In this document: positions 17,393-25,931 of the stretch, piece by piece
Position numbering within the stretch: position 1 is the first letter of the stretch
Layout of the letters: the number at the start of each line of letters is the position of its first letter
Virus record (IMG/VR): IMGVR_UViG_3300048578_000437
Location: 1-40,967 of that record
DNA: 40,967 bases
Reading direction: 5' to 3' (one strand)
Source of the DNA: a virus
Lineage: Duplodnaviria; Caudoviricetes
Notes under the pieces: generated by a model
What the model was told of the DNA's origin: nothing
Databases searched by the model: none
Seen by the model: only the letters and a program-made list of their open reading frames with translations
Program-made: the position numbers and the translations under genes

Positions 17393-19689
17393 GGGTCTTC
17401 ACCCGTCGGGTTGCCCGAGCGCTGACCGCGGCGGCGCTTCGCCTCACGCCGCGCGTCCTCCGACAGGGCGGCGAGGGTGTCGGAGTCTGTGGTGATGTCG
17501 CCGTTGAAGATGATGGTCGTGTTCGAACCCGCCGGCGCCGGCGCCATGAAGCCGAGGTTCTGCGCGCCGAGCCCCATGTCCGCCTGGTAGCGGGCGTGCG
17601 CGATGCGGTACCCGTTAGGGACGTTGCTCAGGCTGGTCGCGACCTTCTGTGCCGACTCCGCCGCCTCGTTCTGTGCGGCAGCGAGCTTGAGCGTGCTCCC
17701 GGCGAGGTCCATGTTCGCCTCGTCCTGAGCGGCGGTGCGCGACCACATCGCCTCGACGAGCGCCTTCATCTTCGCGGACTCGGCCTTCGCCGCCTCGTCC
17801 CCGAAGGACGCCGCGAGCTCGTTCAGCGCGATGATGATGCCGAGGAGCACGGTCGCGACGACCTTCAGGATGCCGGCGATCAGCTCGATGATCGGCCTCA
17901 GCGCCTGGAAGATGACGCCGACGACCTTGCCGATCACCTCGAGCACGGGGGCGATGGCCATGAGCACGTCGCCCACCGCGTAGAGGATCGGCGCGAGGTA
18001 GTTCACCAGCTTGCCGATGTTCTCGAAGAGCGGCTTCAGCGCCTCGAATACGGGCGCGACGATCTGCGTGACGACGCCGAGCACGTTGGTGAGCGCGTCG
18101 AAGATGGGCTTCACCAGCGGCTCGATCATCGCGGCGATCTGCTCGATGAACTCCATCGCGACGCCGAGGAACTGGAGAGCGCTCGCGGTCTTCTTCGCGA
18201 TCTCCATGAAGGCCGCGATGATTGCTCCCCAGATGCCGCCCGACTGCGCGCCCTCGACGATGGAGCCGACGAGTTCGCCGACCGCGCCGAGCAGCTGCTT
18301 GCCCATCGAGGCGACCATCGGCCCCATGCGCCGGCCCCACACCTCGAGCTGCGCCCCAACGGAGTAGGCGCCCTTGAGCCCGTCGCGAAGCTGGCGCTGC
18401 GCTTCACCCCAGCTCGAGGCCTCGACGGCCCCCTGCTTGATGGTCGTGTTCTCTGCGTTGAAGTCCCGGCGCTCCGCCTTCGAGAGCGTGCTGGTGTCGC
18501 CGCTAACCCGCGCCATCGCCATCCGCTGAGCGCTGGCGGCCGCTTCCTTCTCAGCCGCGAGCCGACGCTTCATCTCCTGCCGGAGGACCTCACTCGCGAC
18601 TGCCTGCTGCGACATCTCGCGCGCCGCCTTGTTCGCCTCGTCGACGAAGGGCTGCACGTTGACCGTGCTCCGCATCGCCTGCGTGAGCGCGTCATTCGCG
18701 GCACCGCTCTTCGCCGGCCCCTGAGGCATGCCGCGGCCGAGGCCGATGGGCTTCGCCGTGCTGGGGCTGAAGAGCTTGTCGAGCCCGAGCTCCTTCTTGA
18801 TGAGGCTGAGCTCCTCGCTCAGTCCGTCGACGATCTGCTGGCCCACGGTCTTCCCGAAGCTGAAGGCCTCCGAGAAGAACGAGCCGCTCTGCAGGTCCTT
18901 CCACAGCCCGGCGAAGCCTTCACGCAGCGCGCCCGTGTCGACCATCTTCTTGCCGGTGATGTTCTGGACGGCGTCGACCACGTTCAGGAGCGCGTCGACG
19001 AAGACGCTCGCGCCCTTCACGGCGTAGCCCCAGACCTTCTGGATGAAGTTCGCGAACTGGGAGAACCCGTCGTGGAGCCAGTTCAGCACCTCGGCCGTCG
19101 CGTCCTGAATGCCGCCCCAGTTCTTCCGCCAGGCGCGATGGAGCAGCACGACGACGGCCACGACCGTGCCAAGGGCGAGGGCGATGCCGATGATGGGCCC
19201 GAGCCCGATGGCAGAGATCATCCCGAGCGCGCCCTTGAGCACGCCGAACGCGCTGCCCGCGACGCCCGCGAAGAGAGAGAAGGCCTTCGCGGCAAAGGCG
19301 ACCTGCACCGCGAGGATCGCGAAGTTGCTGACGTGTTTCTTCATCTCGGGGTCGAGCCCCGCGACGACTCCGGCCGCCTGCCTGAACATCGCCGTCAGCT
19401 CCCGCACCGCGGGCAAGAGCATGTCGGCGACCTGCACTGCGAGGAGCTTGGTGCTCTGCTCGAGCCCGTTCATCGCGCGCTTCGTGGGCCCGTCGACGCC
19501 CGAGGCCAGCTTCACCGCGGCGATGCCCACGCCGGCGAGAACGCCGGAGAACTGCGCGACGTCGGCCGAGACCTTCTTGGCCTCCCGCGAGAACCGCTCG
19601 AGGTCACCGAGCGCGCGTTGGAGACCCTTCGACCAAGCGCCGGTGCGCGCGGCCAGCGAGGCGTACATGCTGCCGATGTTCAGCGCCAT
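17389..19689 (-). CDS. Tape measure protein
   Basis: MALNIGSMYASL start, Ala/Gly-rich helices, hydrophobic segments, periodic P..AL repeats, follows the chaperone. Confidence 0.92.
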   Translation of the reverse strand: MALNIGSMYASLAARTGAWSKGLQRALGDLERFSREAKKVSADVAQFSGVLAGVGIAAVKLASGVDGPTKRAMNGLEQSTKLLAVQVADMLLPAVRELTAMFRQAAGVVAGLDPEMKKHVSNFAILAVQVAFAAKAFSLFAGVAGSAFGVLKGALGMISAIGLGPIIGIALALGTVVAVVVLLHRAWRKNWGGIQDATAEVLNWLHDGFSQFANFIQKVWGYAVKGASVFVDALLNVVDAVQNITGKKMVDTGALREGFAGLWKDLQSGSFFSEAFSFGKTVGQQIVDGLSEELSLIKKELGLDKLFSPSTAKPIGLGRGMPQGPAKSGAANDALTQAMRSTVNVQPFVDEANKAAREMSQQAVASEVLRQEMKRRLAAEKEAAASAQRMAMARVSGDTSTLSKAERRDFNAENTTIKQGAVEASSWGEAQRQLRDGLKGAYSVGAQLEVWGRRMGPMVASMGKQLLGAVGELVGSIVEGAQSGGIWGAIIAAFMEIAKKTASALQFLGVAMEFIEQIAAMIEPLVKPIFDALTNVLGVVTQIVAPVFEALKPLFENIGKLVNYLAPILYAVGDVLMAIAPVLEVIGKVVGVIFQALRPIIELIAGILKVVATVLLGIIIALNELAASFGDEAAKAESAKMKALVEAMWSRTAAQDEANMDLAGSTLKLAAAQNEAAESAQKVATSLSNVPNGYRIAHARYQADMGLGAQNLGFMAPAPAGSNTTIIFNGDITTDSDTLAALSEDARREAKRRRGQRSGNPTGEDP

Positions 19690-19692
19690 CGC

Positions 19693-19899
19693 TCACCACC
19701 CCTTGCCGCGCTTCGACTTCGCCTCGCGCTTCGCCTTCTCGAGCGCCTTCTTTTCGTGGTCGGCCTTGATGCTGAGGTACGCGCGCCACTCGACGAGTTC
19801 CCCAGGGGGCAACGTCTCCTCGAGCTCGAAGACCGGGAGACCAAGGAGCTCCGCGATCTGGAAGAGCGAGACCCGAACGGGGTCCGCCTCTAGTTTTTT
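19693..19899 (-). CDS. Tail assembly chaperone frameshift extension (gpT part of gpGT)
   Basis: -1 frame after A AAA AAC reads LEADPVRVSLFQIAELLGLPVFELEETLPPGELVEWRAYL...GKGW* and stops 3 nt before the TMP start. Confidence 0.85.
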   Translation of the reverse strand, partial: KKLEADPVRVSLFQIAELLGLPVFELEETLPPGELVEWRAYLSIKADHEKKALEKAKREAKSKRGKGW

Positions 19900-20432
19900 T
19901 TCGCCTCCTCCTCCGCGCTCACGTTCATGAGCGGGTAGGCGAACTCGAAGATGTCGTCTGCGAAGCCGCCGACGAGCTGCTGACGGAGCGCCTGTTTGTC
20001 GGCGTCCGTGTAGACCTTGATGTTCGTGTCGGGCACGTAGGTGAGGGCGACGACGGTCTCGACCTGCAGCTCCGCCATGTCGATCTTCTCGCCATCGGCG
20101 CCGGTCACGCCGGCCGCCTTGAAGATGGAGGCGCGGAGCTTGATGCTCGGCTCGCGGACCTCGACCATCACCGGAGTGCCATCTGCCTTCAGCATCGGCG
20201 GGTGCCGGTACTTCTTCACTTCCTGCGTGAGCGGCTGTCCGTCGTCGCCGAGCACCGGGTTCTTCTCCGTGTCGAGCACGGGCTCACGCTTGGGCTGACC
20301 TTCCTCGTCGAGCACCACCTCGAGCGCGCGGGGCTTCGACGCGTCGCGGATGGGCACGAGCTTCTTCCGCATCTGGCGCGCGGGCGCACCGAGGGTCATC
20401 TGGCGCAGCAGGTCACGTTCGAGCGTCGACAT
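19890..20432 (-). CDS. Tail assembly chaperone (gpG-like)
   Basis: Position before TMP; ends EEEAKKN* over the slippery site. Confidence 0.85.
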   Translation of the reverse strand: MSTLERDLLRQMTLGAPARQMRKKLVPIRDASKPRALEVVLDEEGQPKREPVLDTEKNPVLGDDGQPLTQEVKKYRHPPMLKADGTPVMVEVREPSIKLRASIFKAAGVTGADGEKIDMAELQVETVVALTYVPDTNIKVYTDADKQALRQQLVGGFADDIFEFAYPLMNVSAEEEAKKN

Positions 20433-21109
20433 CAGGGCTCCCAGGAGTAGCCGGCGAGGCCGGTGGCGCGAGCCGCGCCGGTGAAGTTCACGGTGTTGCT
20501 GACGAGCTCGTCGACGGAGCCGCCGGCCTCGGTGCTCTCGATGAGCCCCCAGGCGCGGAAGCGCTTGCCGCCCGTGGCGACCTCGAGGAGCAACGGCGTG
20601 CCGTTGTCGAGGTAGCTCTTCAAGACGAGGGCGCCCGCGCCGGGGTCGTGGTCAACGGTGAGCAGCTCGTTCAACGTGAGGCTGCCGGTGACGTCTTTCA
20701 GCCCGAGCTTCTTCGTGCGGACGCCCGCGGCGTTGTTGATGGTCGTGTCGTCGAGGACCGTGCGCGAGCACGTGATGGACCAGTCGGTGACGCCGAGCAG
20801 GTCGACCACCGGGATGTAGCTCGCGCTCACGCGCACGAGGGCCGCGGCGCCCTGGTCGGCGAGGAACGTGATGATGCCGAAGAGGTAGTCGACGACGTAG
20901 GAGGAGGCGGGCGCGACGGCGTAGCCGCCGCCGCCGGCGCCGTCCGCATCGACCTCGACGACGACGGGCACGGCCGGGTCGAGCAGGCGGCGCGCGTCGG
21001 TGTTGAGCTGGTAGACGGTGTTCGCGGTGAGCTTCGTCGTCGGCTCGTTCGTGAAGGCCGTCGACGTGCCCGGACCACGAATGACGCTCGTGTGGTTGGC
21101 GGTCGACAT
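20432..21109 (-). CDS. Second tail-tube-like protein with an N-terminal extra beta domain
   Basis: C-terminal half VLDDTT...RTKKLGLKDVTGSL parallels the upstream tube protein. Confidence 0.75.
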   Translation of the reverse strand: MSTANHTSVIRGPGTSTAFTNEPTTKLTANTVYQLNTDARRLLDPAVPVVVEVDADGAGGGGYAVAPASSYVVDYLFGIITFLADQGAAALVRVSASYIPVVDLLGVTDWSITCSRTVLDDTTINNAAGVRTKKLGLKDVTGSLTLNELLTVDHDPGAGALVLKSYLDNGTPLLLEVATGGKRFRAWGLIESTEAGGSVDELVSNTVNFTGAARATGLAGYSWEP

Positions 21110-21118
21110 GGAGGCGCC

Positions 21119-21526
21119 TTACGGACGAGCGATGGCCGCGCCAGCCTGGGTGATGTTGAACGTCGAGCTGACCAGGTCGCCGACCGCGCCGCCGTTCTCG
21201 ATGCTCTCGACGAGCACCGGGTAGGTGGCGCCCGTGGTGCCGTCCTGGAGGTCGGTCACGTAGACGAGCGTGCCGTTCAAGTGCGCGTTGCGGAGGATGG
21301 TCTGAATCGCGTCCGCCGGCTCCCAGTCGCCGCTGATGGAGCCGGAGCCGTCCTTCAGGCCCAGCATCTTCGTGCGCTGGTCACCGTCCTTGAAGTCGGT
21401 GGTGTCGAGGACGTCGCGCGTCGTGGTGAAGCTGAACTCCTTCGCGCCGTCGAGCTCGTCACTGCCGCTCGGCGCCGCGTTCGTCGCCTTGACGTAGACC
21501 TTCCGGAGGTGAGCTGCGGTGGACAT
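21119..21526 (-). CDS. Major tail tube protein
   Basis: AAGGAG SD; EFSFTTTRDVLDTTDF...RTKMLGLKDGSGSISGDW. Confidence 0.85.
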   Translation of the reverse strand: MSTAAHLRKVYVKATNAAPSGSDELDGAKEFSFTTTRDVLDTTDFKDGDQRTKMLGLKDGSGSISGDWEPADAIQTILRNAHLNGTLVYVTDLQDGTTGATYPVLVESIENGGAVGDLVSSTFNITQAGAAIARP

Positions 21527-21555
21527 GGGCGGGCTCCTTGCGAGAGAGCGCGACA

Positions 21556-21581
21556 CTGCCGCGAGGCACGCACACGATTCT
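21556..21581 (-). promoter_or_regulatory. Late-promoter-like motif, copy 2
   Basis: AGAATCGTGTGCGTGCCTCGCGGCAG upstream of the tail tube gene. Confidence 0.6.
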
Positions 21582-21590
21582 CGGTGCCGT

Positions 21591-22541
21591 TCAGCCCAGG
21601 CTGGCGCGGTACCGACACACGAGGTTGACGACCCACTGCCCGTGCTGCTGCGGGTCCTGTCCGAGGTACACGGGCCCGGAGTCGCGCGCGTCCCAGCTCA
21701 CGTACCCGCTCACCACGCGCATGTGCAGCCAGGCGTAGATGGCCTTCGCGAACGCCTCCCCGCGGGTGTCGTCACCGGCCGGGCCGCGGATCATCACCTG
21801 CACCGTCGGCTGGAAGAGCGAGGTGCGGCGGCCGCCGAGGTAGAAGTCGGGCGCGGGACCGCCGGTCTCGAGCGCGAACACGGCCGGCGCAGTCGTGCGG
21901 TCGATGGCACGCATCTGCCCCTCGAAGAGGTTCGTGCCCTTCACGAGCACGACGTCTCCCGCCGTCTTCGTGTCGAGGAACGCGGTGACGTCGGCCGCGG
22001 CGCTCTTCAGGGGCCCGGGCGAGGGCGCCGACCAGGGCTGACGCTCGACGCTCCCCGCGTACCCGGGCGGCTCGGCGCCGGCGGGCACGTCGATGCGGTA
22101 GGCGACATCGACCGCGAGGTCCTCCGTGCTCGGCACCAGGGCGAAGAGGTACGCGGTCGCGCCGGGAGTGAGCACCGAAGGCGGCGTGCGCGCGTTGCCG
22201 GCGAAGTCGCGCCAGACGCCGACCGTCGGGTTCCCCCCAGCCCACAGCGCGCCGGCGCCGTCCTCGAGGTGGAAGCCGAGGAAGGGCAGGGCGGGTGTGT
22301 GGATCGCGCCCGAGAGGTAGCGCGGGTCCGAGCTTGGCCCCGCGTCGATGAGGAACACCACGCGGGCGAGCTCGTCGGCGTCCGTGGGCGAGAAGCCGTA
22401 CTGCCCGCCGCCGATCTCCACGATGGCGGGCGGCGTGCGCGCGTTGCCGATCAGGTCCCGGTACTGCACGAACGCCGGCACCGCGCCCGTTAGCGGCGCG
22501 TCGTTAGCGTCCTTCAGGCCGAATGAGATCCGGTCGGCCAT
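21591..22541 (-). CDS. Tail terminator (minor capsid-like) with two N-terminal repeated domains
   Basis: C-terminal NLFEG...ETGG...PTVQVMIRG...YLGQD...WVVN; GNARTPP repeated twice. Confidence 0.75.
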   Translation of the reverse strand: MADRISFGLKDANDAPLTGAVPAFVQYRDLIGNARTPPAIVEIGGGQYGFSPTDADELARVVFLIDAGPSSDPRYLSGAIHTPALPFLGFHLEDGAGALWAGGNPTVGVWRDFAGNARTPPSVLTPGATAYLFALVPSTEDLAVDVAYRIDVPAGAEPPGYAGSVERQPWSAPSPGPLKSAAADVTAFLDTKTAGDVVLVKGTNLFEGQMRAIDRTTAPAVFALETGGPAPDFYLGGRRTSLFQPTVQVMIRGPAGDDTRGEAFAKAIYAWLHMRVVSGYVSWDARDSGPVYLGQDPQQHGQWVVNLVCRYRASLG

Positions 22542-22544
22542 GCC

Positions 22545-22805
22545 TCAGCTCTGTGGGTCGACGGGGTCGATGGAGGGTTCCGGAAGCGCATCGGTGAAGG
22601 CCTTGAACAGCGCCTGGCGACTCGCCGCGAAGTCCGCGAAAGCGGCGCTGTCCTGTGCGTCGCGCTTCGAGAGCCACTCTCCCGAAGCATCGTGAAGCGA
22701 GGCGACGTACCGACGCACCTGCGCTCGCGTCGCGCCCGGGTTGGCTGCCTTGAATGCGGCGAGATCCGCGAGGAAGTCGCTCCGCGCTGTAGCGTTGATT
22801 CCCAT
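22545..22805 (-). CDS. Hypothetical virion-region protein
   Basis: Fills the gap in the operon; helical. Confidence 0.65.
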   Translation of the reverse strand: MGINATARSDFLADLAAFKAANPGATRAQVRRYVASLHDASGEWLSKRDAQDSAAFADFAASRQALFKAFTDALPEPSIDPVDPQS

Positions 22806-22808
22806 TTG

Positions 22809-23417
22809 TTACCCCGTTGCGATCGTCACCCACGAGTAGGTGTCTGCTGCGCTCTTCAGGCAGATCTGAACCGTGTCCGCTGAGCCGTTCGCACTCTTCG
22901 AGTACCAGAGCGTTCCCCGGTTGCTCGCGTCCGCGGTCGGTCGCGCTGCGCCTCCCGGGTTCAGCTGCAGGTAGCTCGAATAGATGCGGCGCCAGTAGTT
23001 CGTGCTCGCGCCGAAGTCGTTCACGCCTGGCGAGATGGGCGCGATGTAGCCGCCGCTCGCGACAGACAAGAACATGTTGCCGCGAGATTGGATCAGCGGA
23101 GCGAGCGCGCCAGTGAAGAACCCGATCGCGAACTCCCACGTGCTCGCCGTGAGCCCGCTGCCGATCTGAATAATGTTCGTCTGGTTTGAACCCGTCGTTT
23201 CAAACCACATCGTCGGGTTGGAGAACGCGGTGCCTCCAGCGGCTGGCGGCGTCACCTTCACCTGCTGCTGCACGGTACCGTTGATGGTAACCCCTGCCGA
23301 GAGGACCACCGCGGCGAGGAAGGTCTTTGCCCCGCCGATCATCTGCGCGACGGCCGACAGGAACCCGCGCTTCGTGGCGGTCGCGTTCCCGGGGGGACTG
23401 GTGACGATCGAGCTCAT
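22809..23417 (-). CDS. Fibre-like virion protein
   Basis: AQMIGGAKTF and NDFGASTNYWRRIY fibre motifs; GTLWY...VQICLK...YSW knob. Confidence 0.7.
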   Translation of the reverse strand: MSSIVTSPPGNATATKRGFLSAVAQMIGGAKTFLAAVVLSAGVTINGTVQQQVKVTPPAAGGTAFSNPTMWFETTGSNQTNIIQIGSGLTASTWEFAIGFFTGALAPLIQSRGNMFLSVASGGYIAPISPGVNDFGASTNYWRRIYSSYLQLNPGGAARPTADASNRGTLWYSKSANGSADTVQICLKSAADTYSWVTIATG

Positions 23418-23812
23418 GCGCCACCTCGAGCAACGAGCGACTTCAGGCGCCCGACGATGCGCTGCGCGGCCGCCGGATGGAACGCGTTGAACGTCCGCTC
23501 GAACCACTTGAAGCCGGCGGTGCCTTCCACCTTGTGGCCCCAGTGGATGCCCTCGTGCACTGCCGCCGCCTTCTCGTCGGTGTACGCGACGACGTGCTGG
23601 ACGCTGCCCTTGGTCGGCGACACCGCCGAGCTCCGCTGCAGGGACATGAGCAGCTCGCCGCTCGCTGCAGGCGTCTGCGTCTCGGCCGCGCCGTGCAGGC
23701 GAGCCGCCTCCTCCGCGAGCGCGGTCTTCATCTCCTCGAACATCTGGCGCTTCATCTTCTTCAGCTGGCGCTTCAGCTGGTCGAGGCCTTCGATCTTGAA
23801 GAGGTCGGCCAT
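23414..23812 (-). CDS. HK97 gp10-like neck/tail-completion protein
   Basis: KIEGLDQLKRQL...TPAASGEL..S...AAAVHEG. Confidence 0.8.
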   Translation of the reverse strand: MADLFKIEGLDQLKRQLKKMKRQMFEEMKTALAEEAARLHGAAETQTPAASGELLMSLQRSSAVSPTKGSVQHVVAYTDEKAAAVHEGIHWGHKVEGTAGFKWFERTFNAFHPAAAQRIVGRLKSLVARGGA

Positions 23813-24132
23813 CAGAGATCCACCCTGTAGAGGGTCGTCGACCCGTCGAACTTGGACGCTGAGCTGACGGCGATGGGGATGAGGCTCTGCTCCGCGATGT
23901 TCTGGTTCTTCCCAGGCAACCACACCCGGTCGGTGATGTTCACCGGCTGGAGGCACCACAGGCGATGCGCACTCGCGACCTGCTCGCCGCGGGCGTTGAG
24001 CACCATGTGCTGCTCGCGCTCCACGCGGACCTTCCGCGCAACGGGCGCACCGTAAACAGGGTCGCCTCGAGGGCCGGTGCTTGTCACCGACGCCACGTAG
24101 GCCGTCTCGCGGAGGATCGCTTGGAGGCTCAC
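23812..24132 (-). CDS. Head closure (stopper) protein
   Basis: GDPVYG...RVE...VLNARGEQV...ITDRVWLPG; position. Confidence 0.75.
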   Translation of the reverse strand: MSLQAILRETAYVASVTSTGPRGDPVYGAPVARKVRVEREQHMVLNARGEQVASAHRLWCLQPVNITDRVWLPGKNQNIAEQSLIPIAVSSASKFDGSTTLYRVDL

Positions 24133-24794
24133 GTGATCAACCGCCGGTAGGGGTTGAGCTGCGCCAGCACGCTGTCAGGGATGATGCCCGCGGAGCCGAC
24201 GCCGATGAGCGAGTTCGGCGCGCGGTAGCTCACGGAGTAGTCGCCCAGGGCCTCGCTCGCTACGGCGGAGTCTCTGCCCTTGCCACGGTAGAGCGAGGTC
24301 ACGGTGGCGATGCACGCTTCTTCGATCTCGTACGGCAGCGTGCGGGTGGGCGAGCCGCCCCCCGCAGCCTGGACCGGCGTCACCCAACCACCGGAGTACG
24401 TGACCACGATGCTCTTCTTCTCGGTGCCGACGGCGGGCGCGTCGTAGAGCAGCCCTGCGTGCACGAGCCCGGTGTACGGCCAGCCGACGGACCGGTAGAG
24501 CGCGCCGAGCTCGGTGTCCTCGAGGGTGTAGTCGGAGGCGCCCAGCGACGAGCCGTCAGGCAGCACGACCGACGCGACCGCCACCACCGGCGTCAGCCCC
24601 AGCAGCAGGCGCACCTGCTTGATGAGCCCCGGGAGGCGCTCGACGTAGGCGGCCGAGAAGTGCAGCTGCGGGCGATTGAGGTACGTGCGGATCGCGCCGG
24701 ATGCGGCGCCGATCAAACGCGGGAGCTTCGGATCGGACGCATCGACGCCGAGGTCTTCCGCGACGGTGGCCGGGAGCGTCAGGTCGGAGTCCAT
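24129..24794 (-). CDS. Head-tail adaptor (gp6/gp15-like)
   Basis: LIGAASGAIRTYLNR...VTYSGGW...LPYEIEEA...SEALGDYSVSY...LNPYRR. Confidence 0.85.
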   Translation of the reverse strand: MDSDLTLPATVAEDLGVDASDPKLPRLIGAASGAIRTYLNRPQLHFSAAYVERLPGLIKQVRLLLGLTPVVAVASVVLPDGSSLGASDYTLEDTELGALYRSVGWPYTGLVHAGLLYDAPAVGTEKKSIVVTYSGGWVTPVQAAGGGSPTRTLPYEIEEACIATVTSLYRGKGRDSAVASEALGDYSVSYRAPNSLIGVGSAGIIPDSVLAQLNPYRRLIT

Positions 24795-24807
24795 GTTGCG
24801 CCTCGAG

Positions 24808-24883
24808 TTGCGGGGGCCGGATTTGAACCAGCGTGCTCTGCGTTATGAGCGCAGCGAGGGAACCGGGCTCCTCTACCGCCGCA
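24808..24883 (-). tRNA. tRNA-Met(CAT), initiator-like, phage-encoded, no encoded CCA
   Basis: D stem GAGG/CCTC, anticodon arm CTGCG-CTCATAA-CGCAG, T arm GCTGG-TTCAAAT-CCGGC, 3' CCCCGCAA as in bacterial fMet. Confidence 0.88.
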
Positions 24884-24891
24884 TACGGATT

Positions 24892-25034
24892 CGAGCGTTG
24901 CAGGGAGGCCGGTGACCCGCCTTCCCTGCGCTGCTCCCGAGGGTCGTCACCCTCGGTGCTGTACGGCTCTCGGTCGGCCCGCTCCCATCACCAGTTCACC
25001 GGGGAGCACCTCAGGCCTCTGGGTGGTAGCTCGG
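24892..25034 (-). ncRNA. Candidate multi-hairpin structured RNA 5' of the tRNA
   Basis: Several hairpins within a CGAGC/GCTCG closing stem; no credible ORF. Confidence 0.4.
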
Positions 25035-25322
25035 TTACTGCTTGGGCTTGTTGTCGCCCTCGGGCTTCTTCGCCGCGGGCGCGCTCTTCTTCTCGACCAT
25101 GTTGCCGTTGGCGTCGCGCTCCGCGTCGACGATGAGGATCTTCTCCTCGCCGTCGACCTCGCGCTTCACCACCACCTGGCGGGTCGGGTCGAAGTCGCCC
25201 AGCACCTCGCCGCCCTGGTGCTTGAGGATGTGCGCGGCGGTGTCGGGGGTGAACGAGGCGATCTCCCCGGCGTTGTTCGCGCCGAAGGACTTCGTCAGAC
25301 GGATGAGCTTCAGGGCAGGCAT
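25035..25322 (-). CDS. Small head-associated protein
   Basis: IRLTKSFGANNAGEIASF motif typical after capsid genes; lysine-rich tail. Confidence 0.75.
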   Translation of the reverse strand: MPALKLIRLTKSFGANNAGEIASFTPDTAAHILKHQGGEVLGDFDPTRQVVVKREVDGEEKILIVDAERDANGNMVEKKSAPAAKKPEGDNKPKQ

Positions 25323-25394
25323 CGGGATCTCACGGTGAAGGGGAACTGCGCGAGCGCCGCCTCACCGGCCGGCGCTCAGGTCTTCGACTCGGGC

Positions 25395-25844
25395 TTACGA
25401 GTCGTCGGCGATGGGGAGGACGTCCGCGCCGCCGAGCACGATGAGCGCCGAGCTCAGGAGCGTCGGAGCCGTGCCGCCGGTGAAACCGGTGGTGCCGACC
25501 GCACGAATGAACGGCTTCGCGGTCTTCAGGTCGATGGAGCGCTTCTTCACCGCCGACGCCGCGGTGATCTGCGCGACGGCGCCCGACGCCCCCGGGTTCG
25601 GCACGGAGGGCGTGAAGTCGGTGTACGTGCCGCCCAGCGTGTCGCTGTGCTGCAGCTTCACGTCGAACGTCTGCGCCGAGGGCGCGCCGGACACCGCGCC
25701 GGTCTGGGCGACGAGGACGCACGAGTTGAAGCCACGGCGGTCGATGCCGGTGCCGTTGACGGCGCCGGCGGAGCGCGCGGCAGCGTCGAGGCCGATCTTC
25801 GTGGAGACCTCGGGGCCGACGCCGGTGATGGTCTGAGCGGTCAT
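25395..25844 (-). CDS. Head decoration/cement protein
   Basis: AGGAG SD; GTGIDRRGF...VKLQHSDT...KPFIR jelly-roll motifs. Confidence 0.8.
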   Translation of the reverse strand: MTAQTITGVGPEVSTKIGLDAAARSAGAVNGTGIDRRGFNSCVLVAQTGAVSGAPSAQTFDVKLQHSDTLGGTYTDFTPSVPNPGASGAVAQITAASAVKKRSIDLKTAKPFIRAVGTTGFTGGTAPTLLSSALIVLGGADVLPIADDS

Positions 25845-25931
25845 GCTGGTGTTTCTCCTGCAGCGGGTGAGCGGGTGATGCCGCCGCGCCCCTCATCGAA
25901 GCGCGGACGGCGAAGGCGAGGGTGTCCGCGG

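Noticed and set aside
24795-25034. Theta/HDV-like or hammerhead ribozyme, or group II intron domain V, beside the tRNA
   Set aside because: No room 3' of the tRNA, no CUGANGA/GAAA core, and GAGCCGTA lacks the complementary domain V strand
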